The position numbers were made by a program, and so were the translations under genes. Of a stretch of 64,000 nt of DNA, positions 38,601-50,136 are shown piece after piece. The notes below the pieces were generated by a model, which was not told the origin of the DNA, ran no database searches, and worked only from the letters and a program-made list of their open reading frames with translations. The stretch comes from Lingula anatina (taxonomy: Eukaryota > Animalia > Brachiopoda): positions 15,310,587 to 15,374,586 of the forward strand of contig CM120648.1 of assembly GCA_051362555.1 (NCBI GenBank), in the 5' to 3' direction. Numbering within the stretch: the first letter of the stretch is position 1; each line of letters opens with the position of its first letter.

Positions 38601-41600
38601 CTTTATCTCCAAAACTGACAGAGATAGGTTCATAATTACTATTGAACTTGAATAGGAAGTTATATACTGGCAATCTAAGTGTGACCTTGAAATTGACCTT
38701 TGACCTACTTTTCACCATGAACTGAACTTTGCAAATTTTGCTTCCCTTTTATCTCCAAAACTGACAGAGATAGGTCCATAGTCTCTATTGAAGTTGAATA
38801 GGAAGTCATATACTGGCAATCTACATGTGACCTTAAAATTGACCTTTGACCTACTTTTCACCATGAACTGAACTTTGCATATTTTGCTTCCCCTTTATCT
38901 CCAAAACTGACAGAGATAGGTTCATAGTTACTATTGAACTTGAATAGGAAGTTATATACTGGCAATCTAAGTGTGACCTTGAAATTGACCTTTGACCTAC
39001 TTATTATCATGAACTGAACTCTGCTAATTTCTTTCTCTTTTAACTCCAAACCTGGCAGAGATAGGCCCATAGTTACTATTGAAGTTGAATAGGAAGTCTG
39101 GCAATTTACTGTGACCTTGGAATTGACCTTTGACCTACCTTATGATGAACTTAACTTTGATTGTACCATTTTTTTAGTTATATATATATTTTTTGCATAT
39201 TTTGAAAATTCTCTTTGATTGCATTTTTACAGCTTGTCAAGCACAAGACTGGTGGCTGTCTTCCTTTTTTTGTGTATGTGGGGGTCTATACGAATGTGCT
39301 TGCTCCAGCTGGTGGTACAATATTCGGAGGCGGTATCGCCTCTCTGATCCTCTAGTTTTATATGATTGTGGCTGTAATTTGAAATAATATTATCTATTAA
39401 TTGGAAGAATGCTAATGAATCTATTTAAATGAGTATAACGAATACTTAGAACAACAACAACTTTTATCATTATTATGTTTTGTAGACAAATCCAGCTCCA
39501 ACAGATAATCCAAACTCTGCAGCAGCAAGAAGCCTTTGCCAAGCTGTCTCCCGCAGAGCTGCAAGCGCTGGCCATGCAACTATTGTTAAAACAACAGCAA
39601 CAACAGCAGCTGCAGCTGAACCAACTGTCACAGCAGAAAGACATGTAAGTTTAACTCTGGTTGTCTGAGAATACTGAAGCCTGGCTCAACCCAGGGGGTG
39701 ATGTTGACCTGTATGCTTTTGTTTTGTGCATTAAAGTTGACTCCTGGAGGGAAATGCATAGATTACATTCTCATGAATGTACTTTTGCTTCATGAAACGT
39801 TTGTACAGATACTCTGATCTGCTGTTGGCAATATTAAGCATGAATTGGTTTGCTTGGTTTTGAATATCGGCATGGACTTTTTTTATCATAGTTTACTGGT
39901 GTTGAGGCATTGCTGCCTTTGTGCCACAAGCAGTTTTCTATTTCACAACATTGGTGTAAGAGGACAAATGTGTGGCTGGAAATGTGACAGAAAGAATATT
40001 TTTGCTGTGACCGTGCAGACTTCACGGTAATAAGGCCTTGATGTCTGCTCATGTTGTAGTTATAAAATAGCCAATCAGTAAGCTGCTTTGAAACTGGTTG
40101 CCATGGTGACAGGTCCACTGCAGCCAATCAGTGTTGATTTCTGTCCTGCAGGCAACTCCAGCTCCAGCAGATCATGCTGCAGCTGCAGCAGCAGGAGTTT
40201 TTCACCAAGTTGAATCCTCAGCAGCAGCAGGCGCTGGCTATGCAGGTCTTGGTGAAACAACAACAACAGCAGCAGCAGCAGCAGCAAGAACAGCTTAAAC
40301 ATCAACAACAACAACAATCTCATCAACAGCAGCAACAGGCTGACAATCAGGCTGATATGTTAGTGATTATTTTACTGTGATTGATTACTAATTATGTCTT
40401 GGTTTTGTGTTCTGTGTGTTGATCTTCTTTTAACTAATATTGAGACTATATTTTTTTTATATTTGTTCTGTCTTGTGGGTGTGTGAGTGCTAGGTGAACA
40501 ATTTCATGCTGAAGTTCTATTTAGATACTTGTGATGAGTTCATTTTCTTGCATGATGATTGATCTTGGGTAGTCTTTTTTCTTAGAAATGTTTAAAAAGG
40601 TCAAAGAGTTAATTAAGAAGAAATGACTTCCCCATAGTGTGGTAGCAATTTTTAACCTGCATGGTTAGTATACAATAGTCATCTAGTCCAGCATGTTTTT
40701 GCTTAGAAAAGTCAGTCATTCTGGTGAATAGGTTATCTACAGTGTAAGCAGAAATGAAATACATAATAGTAACATTAAGGTATATTCAGACTGCCATCTG
40801 TAGCTCAGCTTCCTGTCTCTCTCTCTACAGACAAGTCCAGTTACAGCATATAGTTCAGAGCCTACAGCAGCAGGAAGCCTACAGCAAGCTGACACCACAG
40901 CAGTTACAGGGTCTGGCTCTCCAATTACTGCTTAAACAACAAGTCCTGCAGCAACAACAACAGAAGTTATCTCCAAGGTATTATAACTGTGTCTCCCACC
41001 TTTATTAAAGGGATAATAACTCTTCGTTTTGGCCAAAAAATGAATTTTCCTGGAGTAAACAACAATTTTCCCATACTTACCAATGGTTAATGAATCCATT
41101 TTTACATTCAAAGTTAGTCCCTGGTTTTTTTCTAAAAAGTTTGGTTTTTCGTTAAAATCTCTTAAGAGATTTTAACAAAGTATAGCCATCAATGGAGGTC
41201 ATGTGGTCTAAAGACAAGCTCAGATATCAGAATAATAGCTATAGCTGCCGTTTTTGTGGTAAAACAGAAAATATTATATTTCTGTGAGTTATTTACAATG
41301 TTTTTATTGTTAAATATAGATCTTATACGAAGAGTTATTATCCCTTTAAGATTTATCTCATTTGGCATTTATATTGGTCTGCGTCATCAGTACCTTTATC
41401 TGACACGGCATCCTAAGCCTACATAACACTGAGAACATAGTGATACGGATTGTTTTGTCGGTCATTGTTCCCTGTATTGTGTGCCACTGCTTTGATAGCT
41501 GACCAAACGCATTTCCACTGAGAACATTGCGATATGTTTCATTTAATCAAACACTGCACCCTGTCTTACTGCTGTGATAGCTCACCTAACATTTATTTCA

Positions 41601-44600
41601 GATCTGTTGCTGAAGGCGCGGGCAGCCATCCACCGTCAAGCAGGAGCATCTCCAGCCCTCCCAACACTCTGCAGCACACATTTCAGCGCTCCATGTCGCA
41701 GCCGGGAGATGAGGACAGCTCTTCAGTCTGGGGAGGGTCAAATGTGTCAAATTCGGGTAAATATTGGGTATATTATTATAAATACGGGATATTTTTGAAA
41801 AAGTCAAGATGGAGAATAACTGTTTGCTATATATTCTGAATATGCAGTCACAATGTCTCTTTATTATCAGTTGTACATTGGTAAATAGTATGAGGTGAGG
41901 AGAGTGTGTTAATTGTCACCATGCTTTGATTTAGGCGCCCCCTCGTGGCCAGCAGGTGGCAGTAGTGTGTGGGACATAGATCCGCCACAGGACCAACCAT
42001 CCATTGAAGAACTTCAGAGACAGGAACAAGAAAGGGTAAGCTTACGATCTTCTGAAATTTTAAGCATCAAAACACGGTCTGTAATGTGACCCATAGAAAA
42101 ATAAAAGTTCTGAGATGAACATTTTGCTGGAACATCTACTCTAGGGATGGTATTTGCTTACAAACAAACAACACTATTTGGAGCCTACTCCCCTTGTGTT
42201 CTAGGAAGGCAGTGGTGGGGGCGGGGGGGGGGGGGGAGAAAAAAAGATAAAGATAGAAATGCAGCCCAAGCCAAGCTTGACACATTGTTTATTACAAGGT
42301 TTTCATCTCACTATGTATGTCTAGTTTCTACTAACTTTCTTGTAACTTTCTTCTAAGGAGAAGGAGGCCCAACTCCAGAGACAACAAGAAGAGGAGCGTC
42401 AGCGCCAGGAGGAGGCAGCACGCCAGCAGGCCGAGGCCATGAGACAGGAAGAGGCGCGACGCCAGGAAGAGGCTCGCAGGCAAGAGGAGCTGAAGAGGCA
42501 GGAGGAGGCACGCAGGCTGGAAGAGCTGAGGCAGCAGGAAGAACTGAGGATTCAAGAAGAGGCGAGGAGGAAGGAAGAGGAGAGACAGCTCGAATTAAAA
42601 GTAAGGGTGATTTGACTCTTGAAACCATTGCAAATAGTAAGGTCAGGAAGTATGAACAGAAATATTTAATTGGAAAGATTCTGAATTGAATAGTATAAAA
42701 CATTGACAGATGATGCTTGCTTGTAAGTCACAGACAGAATTAGTGTAAAGTGAAATACTTTTATTTTGAATTTAAGTTGTATGTTGGCAGTAATTTAACA
42801 ATGCCAGCAGAGAGAGATATTTTCAGCAACCTCCTGCCCTGTGCACCTCTGTCTGAAAATGCTACATCAAAATAAACAGCCCCATGTCAGCCATTCATAT
42901 GCTTGAAAATGAAAATCCTTATGTTTTTACTTCCAGAGGCAGCAAGAAGAGTTACGACAGAAGCAGGAGGAGGAGGAAAGGAGGAAACAGGAGTTACAGC
43001 GACAGAAAGAACAGAAGGAGTTTGAACTGGAGAGACAGAGGCAGTTTGAGATACAGAGGAGACAGGTACGTGAATCCCAACAGTTTCTCTAAAAAAGTGA
43101 TCAAAACTAATCTGCAAAGTCTTCAGATTTTTCTTAAACAATGAAATGGATGGCATAATGATGCCATACAAATGGTATACCGTTGTATGTACATGCATCT
43201 GTTACAGTATTTTATGTTCCTTATCTACAGGAGGTTCAGAGACAGCAGGAGTATCAGCGTCAGCAGCAAGCTCAGCAGGAGGCGTTGAGGAGACTGCAGC
43301 AGCAACAACAGGAACAGCTGGCCAACATTCAGGTGAGGCATTTCAAATATGAATATATAGATTTAAATACCTTTCCATACGTGATGCAGCAAATAAGAAG
43401 TCGGATTTTAAAAAAGTGATGTGATATCCAATAATCAAGAGATAGTTTTGTGAGAAGGGATGGAAGAAGTCAGCTTATCTGCTTTGTTATTCTGAAATCA
43501 GGCTCCACTACTTTAAAATAAGATAATTACATGTTATTGTACAGGTGACTGTCTATTAGCTGCATCTTTTGGTGAAACATTTGATAATTCTACTGAATAG
43601 ATACATCATAAACCACCATTTCCCATGTCTTGACTTGTTGTTTCAGTTACCTACCACTGCTAACTGGGCCGCCAGTGCTCCCTCTGCTAACACTCAGAAT
43701 AATTCCCTGTCCCTGGCCGAAATACAAAAAATTCAGGAGGAGAAGGAGATGGAGGAGGTAAATCAGACATGCTGAAACTGTCGGTCCGATCGGTCATGAC
43801 CGGAAAAATTTGTCTGGACCGGTAAAAAATTTGACTTGTTTGGTCCAAAGTAGTTTTAAGAACCACAATTTTGAATTTGCAGTCATCATTCGACATACTT
43901 CACTAATGAAATTATATAAAACCCAAAGCATTTTTCCCCTTCATTTCAAACCTATCACATTCACAAACAAAGTAAGCTACCCTAATAATACTGGTAGTAT
44001 CTGTCTCAAACGAATAGGGTGATTTTCGGTCCGACAAAAATCCATTCGGTCCGGCAAATTTTTCATTACTGCCGGTCCAAATGTCCGGCCTTTCTGAAAA
44101 GTTTTCAGCATGTCTGTAAATACAGGAAAATAAGATAAAAATGCTTTGAATGCTATAAAATCTGTATTATTATTATAGACTGGACAGGTCAGTCTGATTG
44201 ACAGGTTAGATGATCATAGCCTCTGGAAAGTGAACTGCAAGCCTGCAGTTTCCAAGATCGTCTTTATAAATTGAATTGCACATGTGTTTGTATCAAAACA
44301 AAAGCTAAGAGATTTTTTTCTTAGGAAACTGAGTAAAGGAGGCCTTTTCCTCACGTAATACATTAGGGGTTCTTGGTCTGTGCTAAGTATCTATTGTAAT
44401 TCCAGCATCAGCGCCAGGCAGAGCTCCACAGGCAGCAGATGCAGGCCATTCATGCCCAGCAGCAACAGCAGAAGTCCTGGGGACCGCAGCCAACTGGACG
44501 CCCAGTGACCGCCAAGTCTCTCCTAGAGATACAACAGGAACAGGAGCAACAGCTGCAGAAAGATAAGAAGAAGAACAGACAGCAGCAGCAACAGAAGGTA

Positions 44601-47600
44601 ATGTCTTGGTAAAAGCTTGATTAAAAATATACAGGTCAGAAAATTAGTGTTTTAAAGATGTTCTTCACATTATTTCTTCACTGTTTTTAAAACCGTAAAA
44701 ATTTCTATTCCATTACCCATATATTAGTTCAGACTGGTAACCTACAGGACTGTGGATCTAATTTGCCTTATTCTAAGAAATTATACAAAGTCAATGATAT
44801 AAATGATAAAAGTGAACATGTGCCAACATTTATCATGCCAAGTTATATATGCACCGATTTGACCAGTATCTGTTCTGGTCTCCAGCAGTCGTCCAGTATT
44901 CCCCTGGCTACTGCAGCTGTGTGGGGCAGTACCCCAACCTCGTCACACTGGGCGTCAGAGGGAGCCTGGGGAAACCAGAAAGGAATGGGCTTCTGGGACG
45001 ACGCCATGGCTGCACCCAGCAATAAAAAAACTTCCAATAATACCAAGTAGGTGGTCAGAAAGAGGACTTAATGAACTGATGCATTTTACGGGTCTGAAAC
45101 TCGGACGTACCAAGATGCATAAGATTTTCTCATGTGCATTAGACAAAAAAATTACCATTCAGATCAGTTGCAGCAAGCTGTATCCCAGTTTACATAGAAG
45201 ATAATTTAATATTTCAATGTTGAGTCAATATTTTATCCAAAAGTTTTCAAATGTAGGTAATATATATGTGTTGCTGAAATGTTTCTTGTTAATTCAAAGG
45301 CTCCATTCTTGAAATTTACCATTTAAACAGAATAACACTATGGGTAGAATGAACTATGCCAGATGTTTTTTGATGTGATATTGATGGTGTGCCTTGTTTC
45401 CATTGCAGCAATGCTTTCCCTGTCCTGGGAGGCGGGGGAGGACACAGCGCTGCCACTGGTGCTGCAGGAACGCACAAGAAGTCCAGCTCCAGAGCTAAGA
45501 AGGACGAGGTGAGTTACGCGTGTTGGTAACAAAGACAGCAGATGAGGACATTTCTTACTGTGATGAATGTGATGAAATGAGAATGTTGCTTTGTTTTTTT
45601 TTATTAAAATACTTTTTTGGGGGGGTATTTCGGAAGCTTAATTAGGGGTGAATGTGCTTATTGTGTGACCCCCCCCCCCCCCCCCCCCCACAGCCATTGT
45701 TTAAATGTTATAGAATATGCTCAAAGTCCTCAGATTTAGCCATTTTCTATTTTATGTACCAAAGTCTTAATTCTTCAACCATTTGTGTTGTAGGAAGCTG
45801 TCCAGAGATTATTCCAAGCTTCAAGGAAGCCAGCTGATGAGTTTACCCAGTGGTGTACAGGGGTTCTAGAAAATATGCACACTTCAGTTGATAGTAAGTA
45901 CAGGGGTACTATGCACACTTCAGTTGATAGTAAGTACAGGAGTTATAGAAAATATGCACACTTCAGTTGATAGTAAGTACAGGAGTTATAGAAAATATGC
46001 ACACTTCAGTTGATAGTAAGTACAGGAGTTATAGAAAATATGCACACTTCAGTTGATAGTAAGTACAGGAGTTATAGAAAATATGCACACTTCAGTTGAT
46101 AGTAAGTACAGGGGTGCTAGAAAATATGCACACTTCAGTTGATAGTAAGTACAGGGGTGCTAGAAAATATGCACACTTCAGTTGATAGTAAGTACAGGGG
46201 TGCTGAAAAATGTGTACATTTGTTTGTGAACAATGACAATGGTAATTCTATGAGCACACCTCTTTGAAGTCTAAGATAGTAGAAAAGGAAAGTGAAAACT
46301 TGGGTGTTGTGCAGAGATGAAATGAGGTCAAACTGTTCCACTGTTTTCCTGGCATATGACAACCTTGCGGTCACTCTCTCAGATAAGAGGGAGAGCACAA
46401 CCAGTAATGTGCTGTAATCACTGTCAGCCATAGCAGCATATATGAATATTACATTAGAAGTTTTAAAAAGAAAAGGGTTCCAAGTTTGATTAAAGGTAGC
46501 TAAATAATATGAATTTTTAGCTCTTTAAAAATGATATAAGTTACCCAGCATATTTTTGACATTGTTTAATTGTGATGACCACTCCCTTTCAGTTCCCACA
46601 TTTGTGACGTTCATGCAAGATGTGGAGTCTCCTTACGAGGTAGGTATTTCAAGGCAAGCCATCTAACATATAGAGTTTACTGAGTGAGGTAAATGCTGAC
46701 TGTACTACTGAACAGTAGTGCTAACACATTGAGCAGAACTGTTGGTTAAAGTAGTCACTATTTGAGGACAAAATATTTTCCAAGGTTTCTCTTTCCTAAA
46801 AGAATTGTCATTGCACAGTGTGTTGAAGTGTGTAGTAGAGATTCACTATGTTATGTGGTTGTATTGTAATTGCCAACCTCAGTATTGCTAACCTGTGTAG
46901 TAGAGATTCACTATGTTATGTGGTTGTATTGTAATTGCTAACCTCAGTTCCACCAAATTTTACTTTGATGAGGGGCGTTAGCCTTGAAATTTTTATACAA
47001 TTTCAATTTCTATTCTCCAGGTTCATGATTACATTAAGTCTTACTTTGGAGACAACCAGGAATCGAGGAATTTTGCAAAAGAATTCTTGGAGCGCAGAAG
47101 CAAGTACAGAAATCAAAATAAACCACAGCAGCCAGAGGTAAGCAGTACCTTCTCTCTCCGTGTTGTATTTCTACTTGTAAAAATAGTTTTAAATGTGTAG
47201 CATGTTACTGTTATTGTTTTGTCTTATTAATCAGTCTTTCACAACAGATTCTGCTGCCTGGCAGTTTCATTGTCTTTCCTTATTTCTACCAGTTGTGGCC
47301 ATTGTCAGAAATTTATCATCATCATCATCTTCACCATCTTCATCATCATCAAAATAAAGGCACATGATTTGGTATCCCTGCTGTCATTATAAGCAGGTTG
47401 TGATATTTACCAGTCCCATACTAATATGATAGTTTTCACTCCTAGACTTAGTGTAGGCCTGGGACAGTGGAGGGTTAAATGTTGCATGAAGGTGTGTCAT
47501 GTCTTGTTTTACATTTGGTGTCAGAAGTATTAATAATGTGATACATGGCGTTTGTCTTAAAGTTCTGTAGATTATTATGTAGTCATCCTCTCCTTCCTTA

Positions 47601-50136
47601 GTGAATCTTTTTCTCTGGGGACCATATCTGGCAACTGGTCAATGTTCAAGAGCAGAACTCACTGTCTTGATGTTATTCATTCTGATGCTCTCTCCTTCCC
47701 TCATTTTAGTGACCCACCCTTGTTTTTATGGCACCCTTCACTGTGTGTGTGTGTTTGGGGGGGGGGGGGGGGATTTCAAGCAAAAAGTGAAACTTAAGAC
47801 ACAGCTGTTGTTTTTTGTCATTTTAGAGAATTATGAATGTAAGTGTCTTATGAAACATTTTACAGTTTTGTATATCCATCTCCTTCTAGATGTTTATATA
47901 TCTATTTCTATAAAGAGTTTCTGCTGGACTTACAACATTTGTTGTGTCCCTGAGTGGCCGGAGCCATGTTAGACACCCTTTGTCTGTCTACGTTTTCACT
48001 GGCAAGAAGACATTCTTACTGGCTATAGTCAATCATTTTTAGACAGCATCGTTGTTATGGGTTTTTAAGCTAATGAGTTATCTTTTTTTGTGAGATTATA
48101 TGGATTATCGTAAGAAAAAATTTTGTATTTGATATAATTGGAAATGTGGATGATGTAGACATGCATTGACCGCCCTGAAGTCCAAATGCGCGTAAGATTT
48201 TGTTTGTTGCCAAGGAGAGTTTGGGGTGTATTAGTCACCATCGCTGCTGGTTCTAGTGCAGTGTATGCCCCCAGTACTTCAGATTCATCCTTGTTTGATT
48301 CTATGCTTTCATTCTGTTTCATTGCTTTTAGATCTTTCCATTTCTGACACTAGATTTTAGATTAAAATCTTTTCTGTTGATTGCTTGCTTTTATTTATTC
48401 CCTTCTGCCCTCAAAACTTCCTTTTGTTATGCTTTCTGTCCCTCGCCCCTACCTCCATACTGCCCAGTGCTTTCTCCAGTTAATCTAGTGTGCTACTTCC
48501 AGCCTGACTACTGGTGGCTGACACAGCAATGCTTCCCCAGACATTTCATATACTGACTGCTGCTAGAAACAACATGCTACAGGGGGTAAGATAATGCTGC
48601 CCCACCCCCATCACACTCCTACCCCACCCCCTACCCACTGGTCCTTTGCACTGGGGGAGGCAGGATTGCTACAGTCTAAGGAGCTAGAACATGAACACTG
48701 AGAAGTTGTCCACGGCCATGTGTGTTGCAATGATAGTGATGTTATATTGTTGTAATGTCATGGGTATGGTTGTAATGTCATGGTATGGTTGTAATGTCTT
48801 GTTGTCTTGTTACAATGTGATGTTCATGACATGCTATGATGATCATGTTATGTGATGGTGTGGTGTTCATGTTATAGTGTAATGACTGTAGCAAGTAAAG
48901 ATCTGCTCTCCTCTGTGTTCTGCATGTCAAACCATCTCCCACTGCATGCTGTTGCTCCATGTTTGGAATAATTCACCAGCTTCACAGCCTGCTCTTCTGT
49001 TGTGGAGCCAGTACAATGACAGGATGGCACCTGCATCCAGTTGAGGAAAAACCAGGAGTTTACCTTTGTTTGTGTTCTTTCTGTTGTTTGCATGTGATGG
49101 TGATGGCTTCGTAGTCCTACTGCACTGTTTGTTGAGGTAGCATGTTCCACATTTACACACACGCACGCACACACATACACACACACACACTCACTGTCCT
49201 TGTTGAAAGTGTTTCCACACTTACAGTGGGTGGCATAAACAACTACAGGGTCAGCTAACGGTGGTGATTTTACACTTCTCATTGATGGGGTCCATATTAA
49301 AAGATTTGTCTCCCTTTATATTAAGATCCTATAATTATGATCAAATATATACCAAGTCATTTGTCTATATATAAGCCCCATTTCCAGGCTGGGAATACAC
49401 GGTACTGGTAGCCACACATACATGGTGTGCATGGTGTTGTACCACCAGTGTAAAACTGAAAGTGACTTAGATTTAAGGCATTGAATTCTTTGTTTTTAAA
49501 TAAATCAGATCTGGTAGAATCCTTTATTGTGGCACTGAAATTCACAGTGTTGCTGGTGGTACAACTTTGGGAGACAGCTCACTCCTCTACGTTAGAAGAA
49601 ATTATCCAAAACCTCACACACCATAACCAAACACTCCTGGTGTCTTAATCAACAAGAAGCGATGATTTTTTTTAATAAATAGAAAAAAATAAGTGGCTAG
49701 ATATTAACATAGTGTAAATTCTTTTCATTATCTTTGTTGTTTAAATATTAGTTGGGAGAAAAAAAAGTGCTATTTTTGCTTTTAATCTGTAGACTGAAAG
49801 TATTCTTTCCTTTTGTTTTGAGAACTTTGAGGTAGATGATTATCTCGTGGGCACTTGTTAAGTATTTGTCCAATTTCAGTGAGTGACAGTATAGTATCAT
49901 GTGTACAGCTGTAATCTAAAAAGATTTCTCTCATATTGCAGGACAACATCTTTGCCCCCGCTGTGGCCATCAACCCAAGTCAACCCAGTCGGCTGAACTC
50001 AGAAACGGAAGCACAGAAATCCAACAAGAAAAACAAGAAGAAGAAGATGCAGAAACTGGATGCCAGCATCCTTGGCTTCACTGTTCACGCAGCTCCGGAT
50101 CGCGTCAACATCGGCGAGATTGATAAGATTGATTGA
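32621..50136 (+). CDS. GIGYF2: GRB10-interacting GYF protein (GIGYF1/2 orthologue), complete multi-exon CDS
   Basis: Exons: 32621-32652 ([11 protein letters not shown]); 33126-33345 ([15 protein letters not shown], 4EHP-binding motif); 33722-33966 (RGG-rich); 34189-34382; 34772-34918; 35298-35374 ([16 protein letters not shown]6-binding type); 35545-35658; 35877-36395; 36743-37143 (GYF: [24 protein letters not shown]); 39486-39644; 40152-40358; 40831-40977; 41602-41756; 41935-42035; 42358-42600; 42937-43065; 43231-43332; 43647-43757 (SLAEIQ); 44406-44597 ([10 protein letters not shown]); 44886-45046; 45409-45508; 45794-45893; 46593-46639 ([16 protein letters not shown]); 47021-47137; 49942-50136 ([24 protein letters not shown]). 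Confidence 0.95.
32802..33030. mobile_element. MITE family C copy 1
   Basis: CCCCTTTACCCTGGATGG ... CCGTCCAGTGTAAAGGGG. Homologous to 30441-30623. Confidence 0.75.
34882..35008 (+). repeat. Duplication of GIGYF exon end plus donor (~47 bp, 79 bp apart)
   Basis: CAGAGGAGTGCCAGTGAGTCTTGGGGAGATGAGGAGG|GTAAGTTGAG occurs at 34882 and 34961, with a degenerate trace near 35050. Confidence 0.92.
37333..39356 (+). mobile_element. Helentron-associated non-autonomous element (HINE/DINE-1-like) with internal satellite
   Basis: 5' TATTGTACCACCAGC is followed by its partial inverse GCTGGCGGTACA, then a 9-bp microsatellite (CCGCCGGCT/CCTGCGGCT) at ~37393-37452 and central tandem repeats. The 3' end has subTIR GCTGGTGGTACAATA, stem-loop GAGGCGGTATCGCCTC and terminal CTAGT in a T-rich target. 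Confidence 0.85.
38310..39160 (+). repeat. 146-bp satellite, ~6 copies, inside the HINE
   Basis: ATCTCCAAAACTG recurs at 38313, 38459, 38605, 38751 and 38897, with a variant at 39043. Confidence 0.95.
41009..41345. mobile_element. Kolobok-like MITE (TTAA TSD, AG..CT termini)
   Basis: TTAA|AGGGATAATAACTCTTCG ... CGAAGAGTTATTATCCCT|TTAA, a perfect 18-bp TIR. Confidence 0.9.
43764..44116. mobile_element. CAG..CTG MITE with 5-bp TSD (hAT5-like)
   Basis: TAAAT|CAGACATGCTGAAA ... TTTCAGCATGTCTG|TAAAT, with subterminal CGGTCC/GGACCG motifs. Confidence 0.85.
45855..46205 (+). repeat. 43-bp tandem array spanning a GIGYF exon donor (8 donor copies; first unit 36 bp)
   Basis: GTTGATA|GTAAGT ends at 45893, 45929, 45972, 46015, 46058, 46101, 46144 and 46187. 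Confidence 0.97.
46829..46949 (+). repeat. Intronic tandem duplication, 65-bp period
   Basis: TGTGTAGTAGAGATTCACTATGTTATGTGGTTGTATTGTAATTGC occurs at 46829 and 46894. Confidence 0.9.

Noticed and set aside
45855-46205. CRISPR-like array (also considered for 5362, 18822, 59346)
   Set aside because: No unique spacers, no cas genes, eukaryotic context, and the units derive from the adjacent exon.
49436-49565. 13-bp inverted repeat GTTGTACCACCAG / CTGGTGGTACAAC resembling the HINE subTIR
   Set aside because: Too short, with no stem-loop, CTAG end or TSD seen. It may be a relic or an intronic RNA stem, but this cannot be supported.
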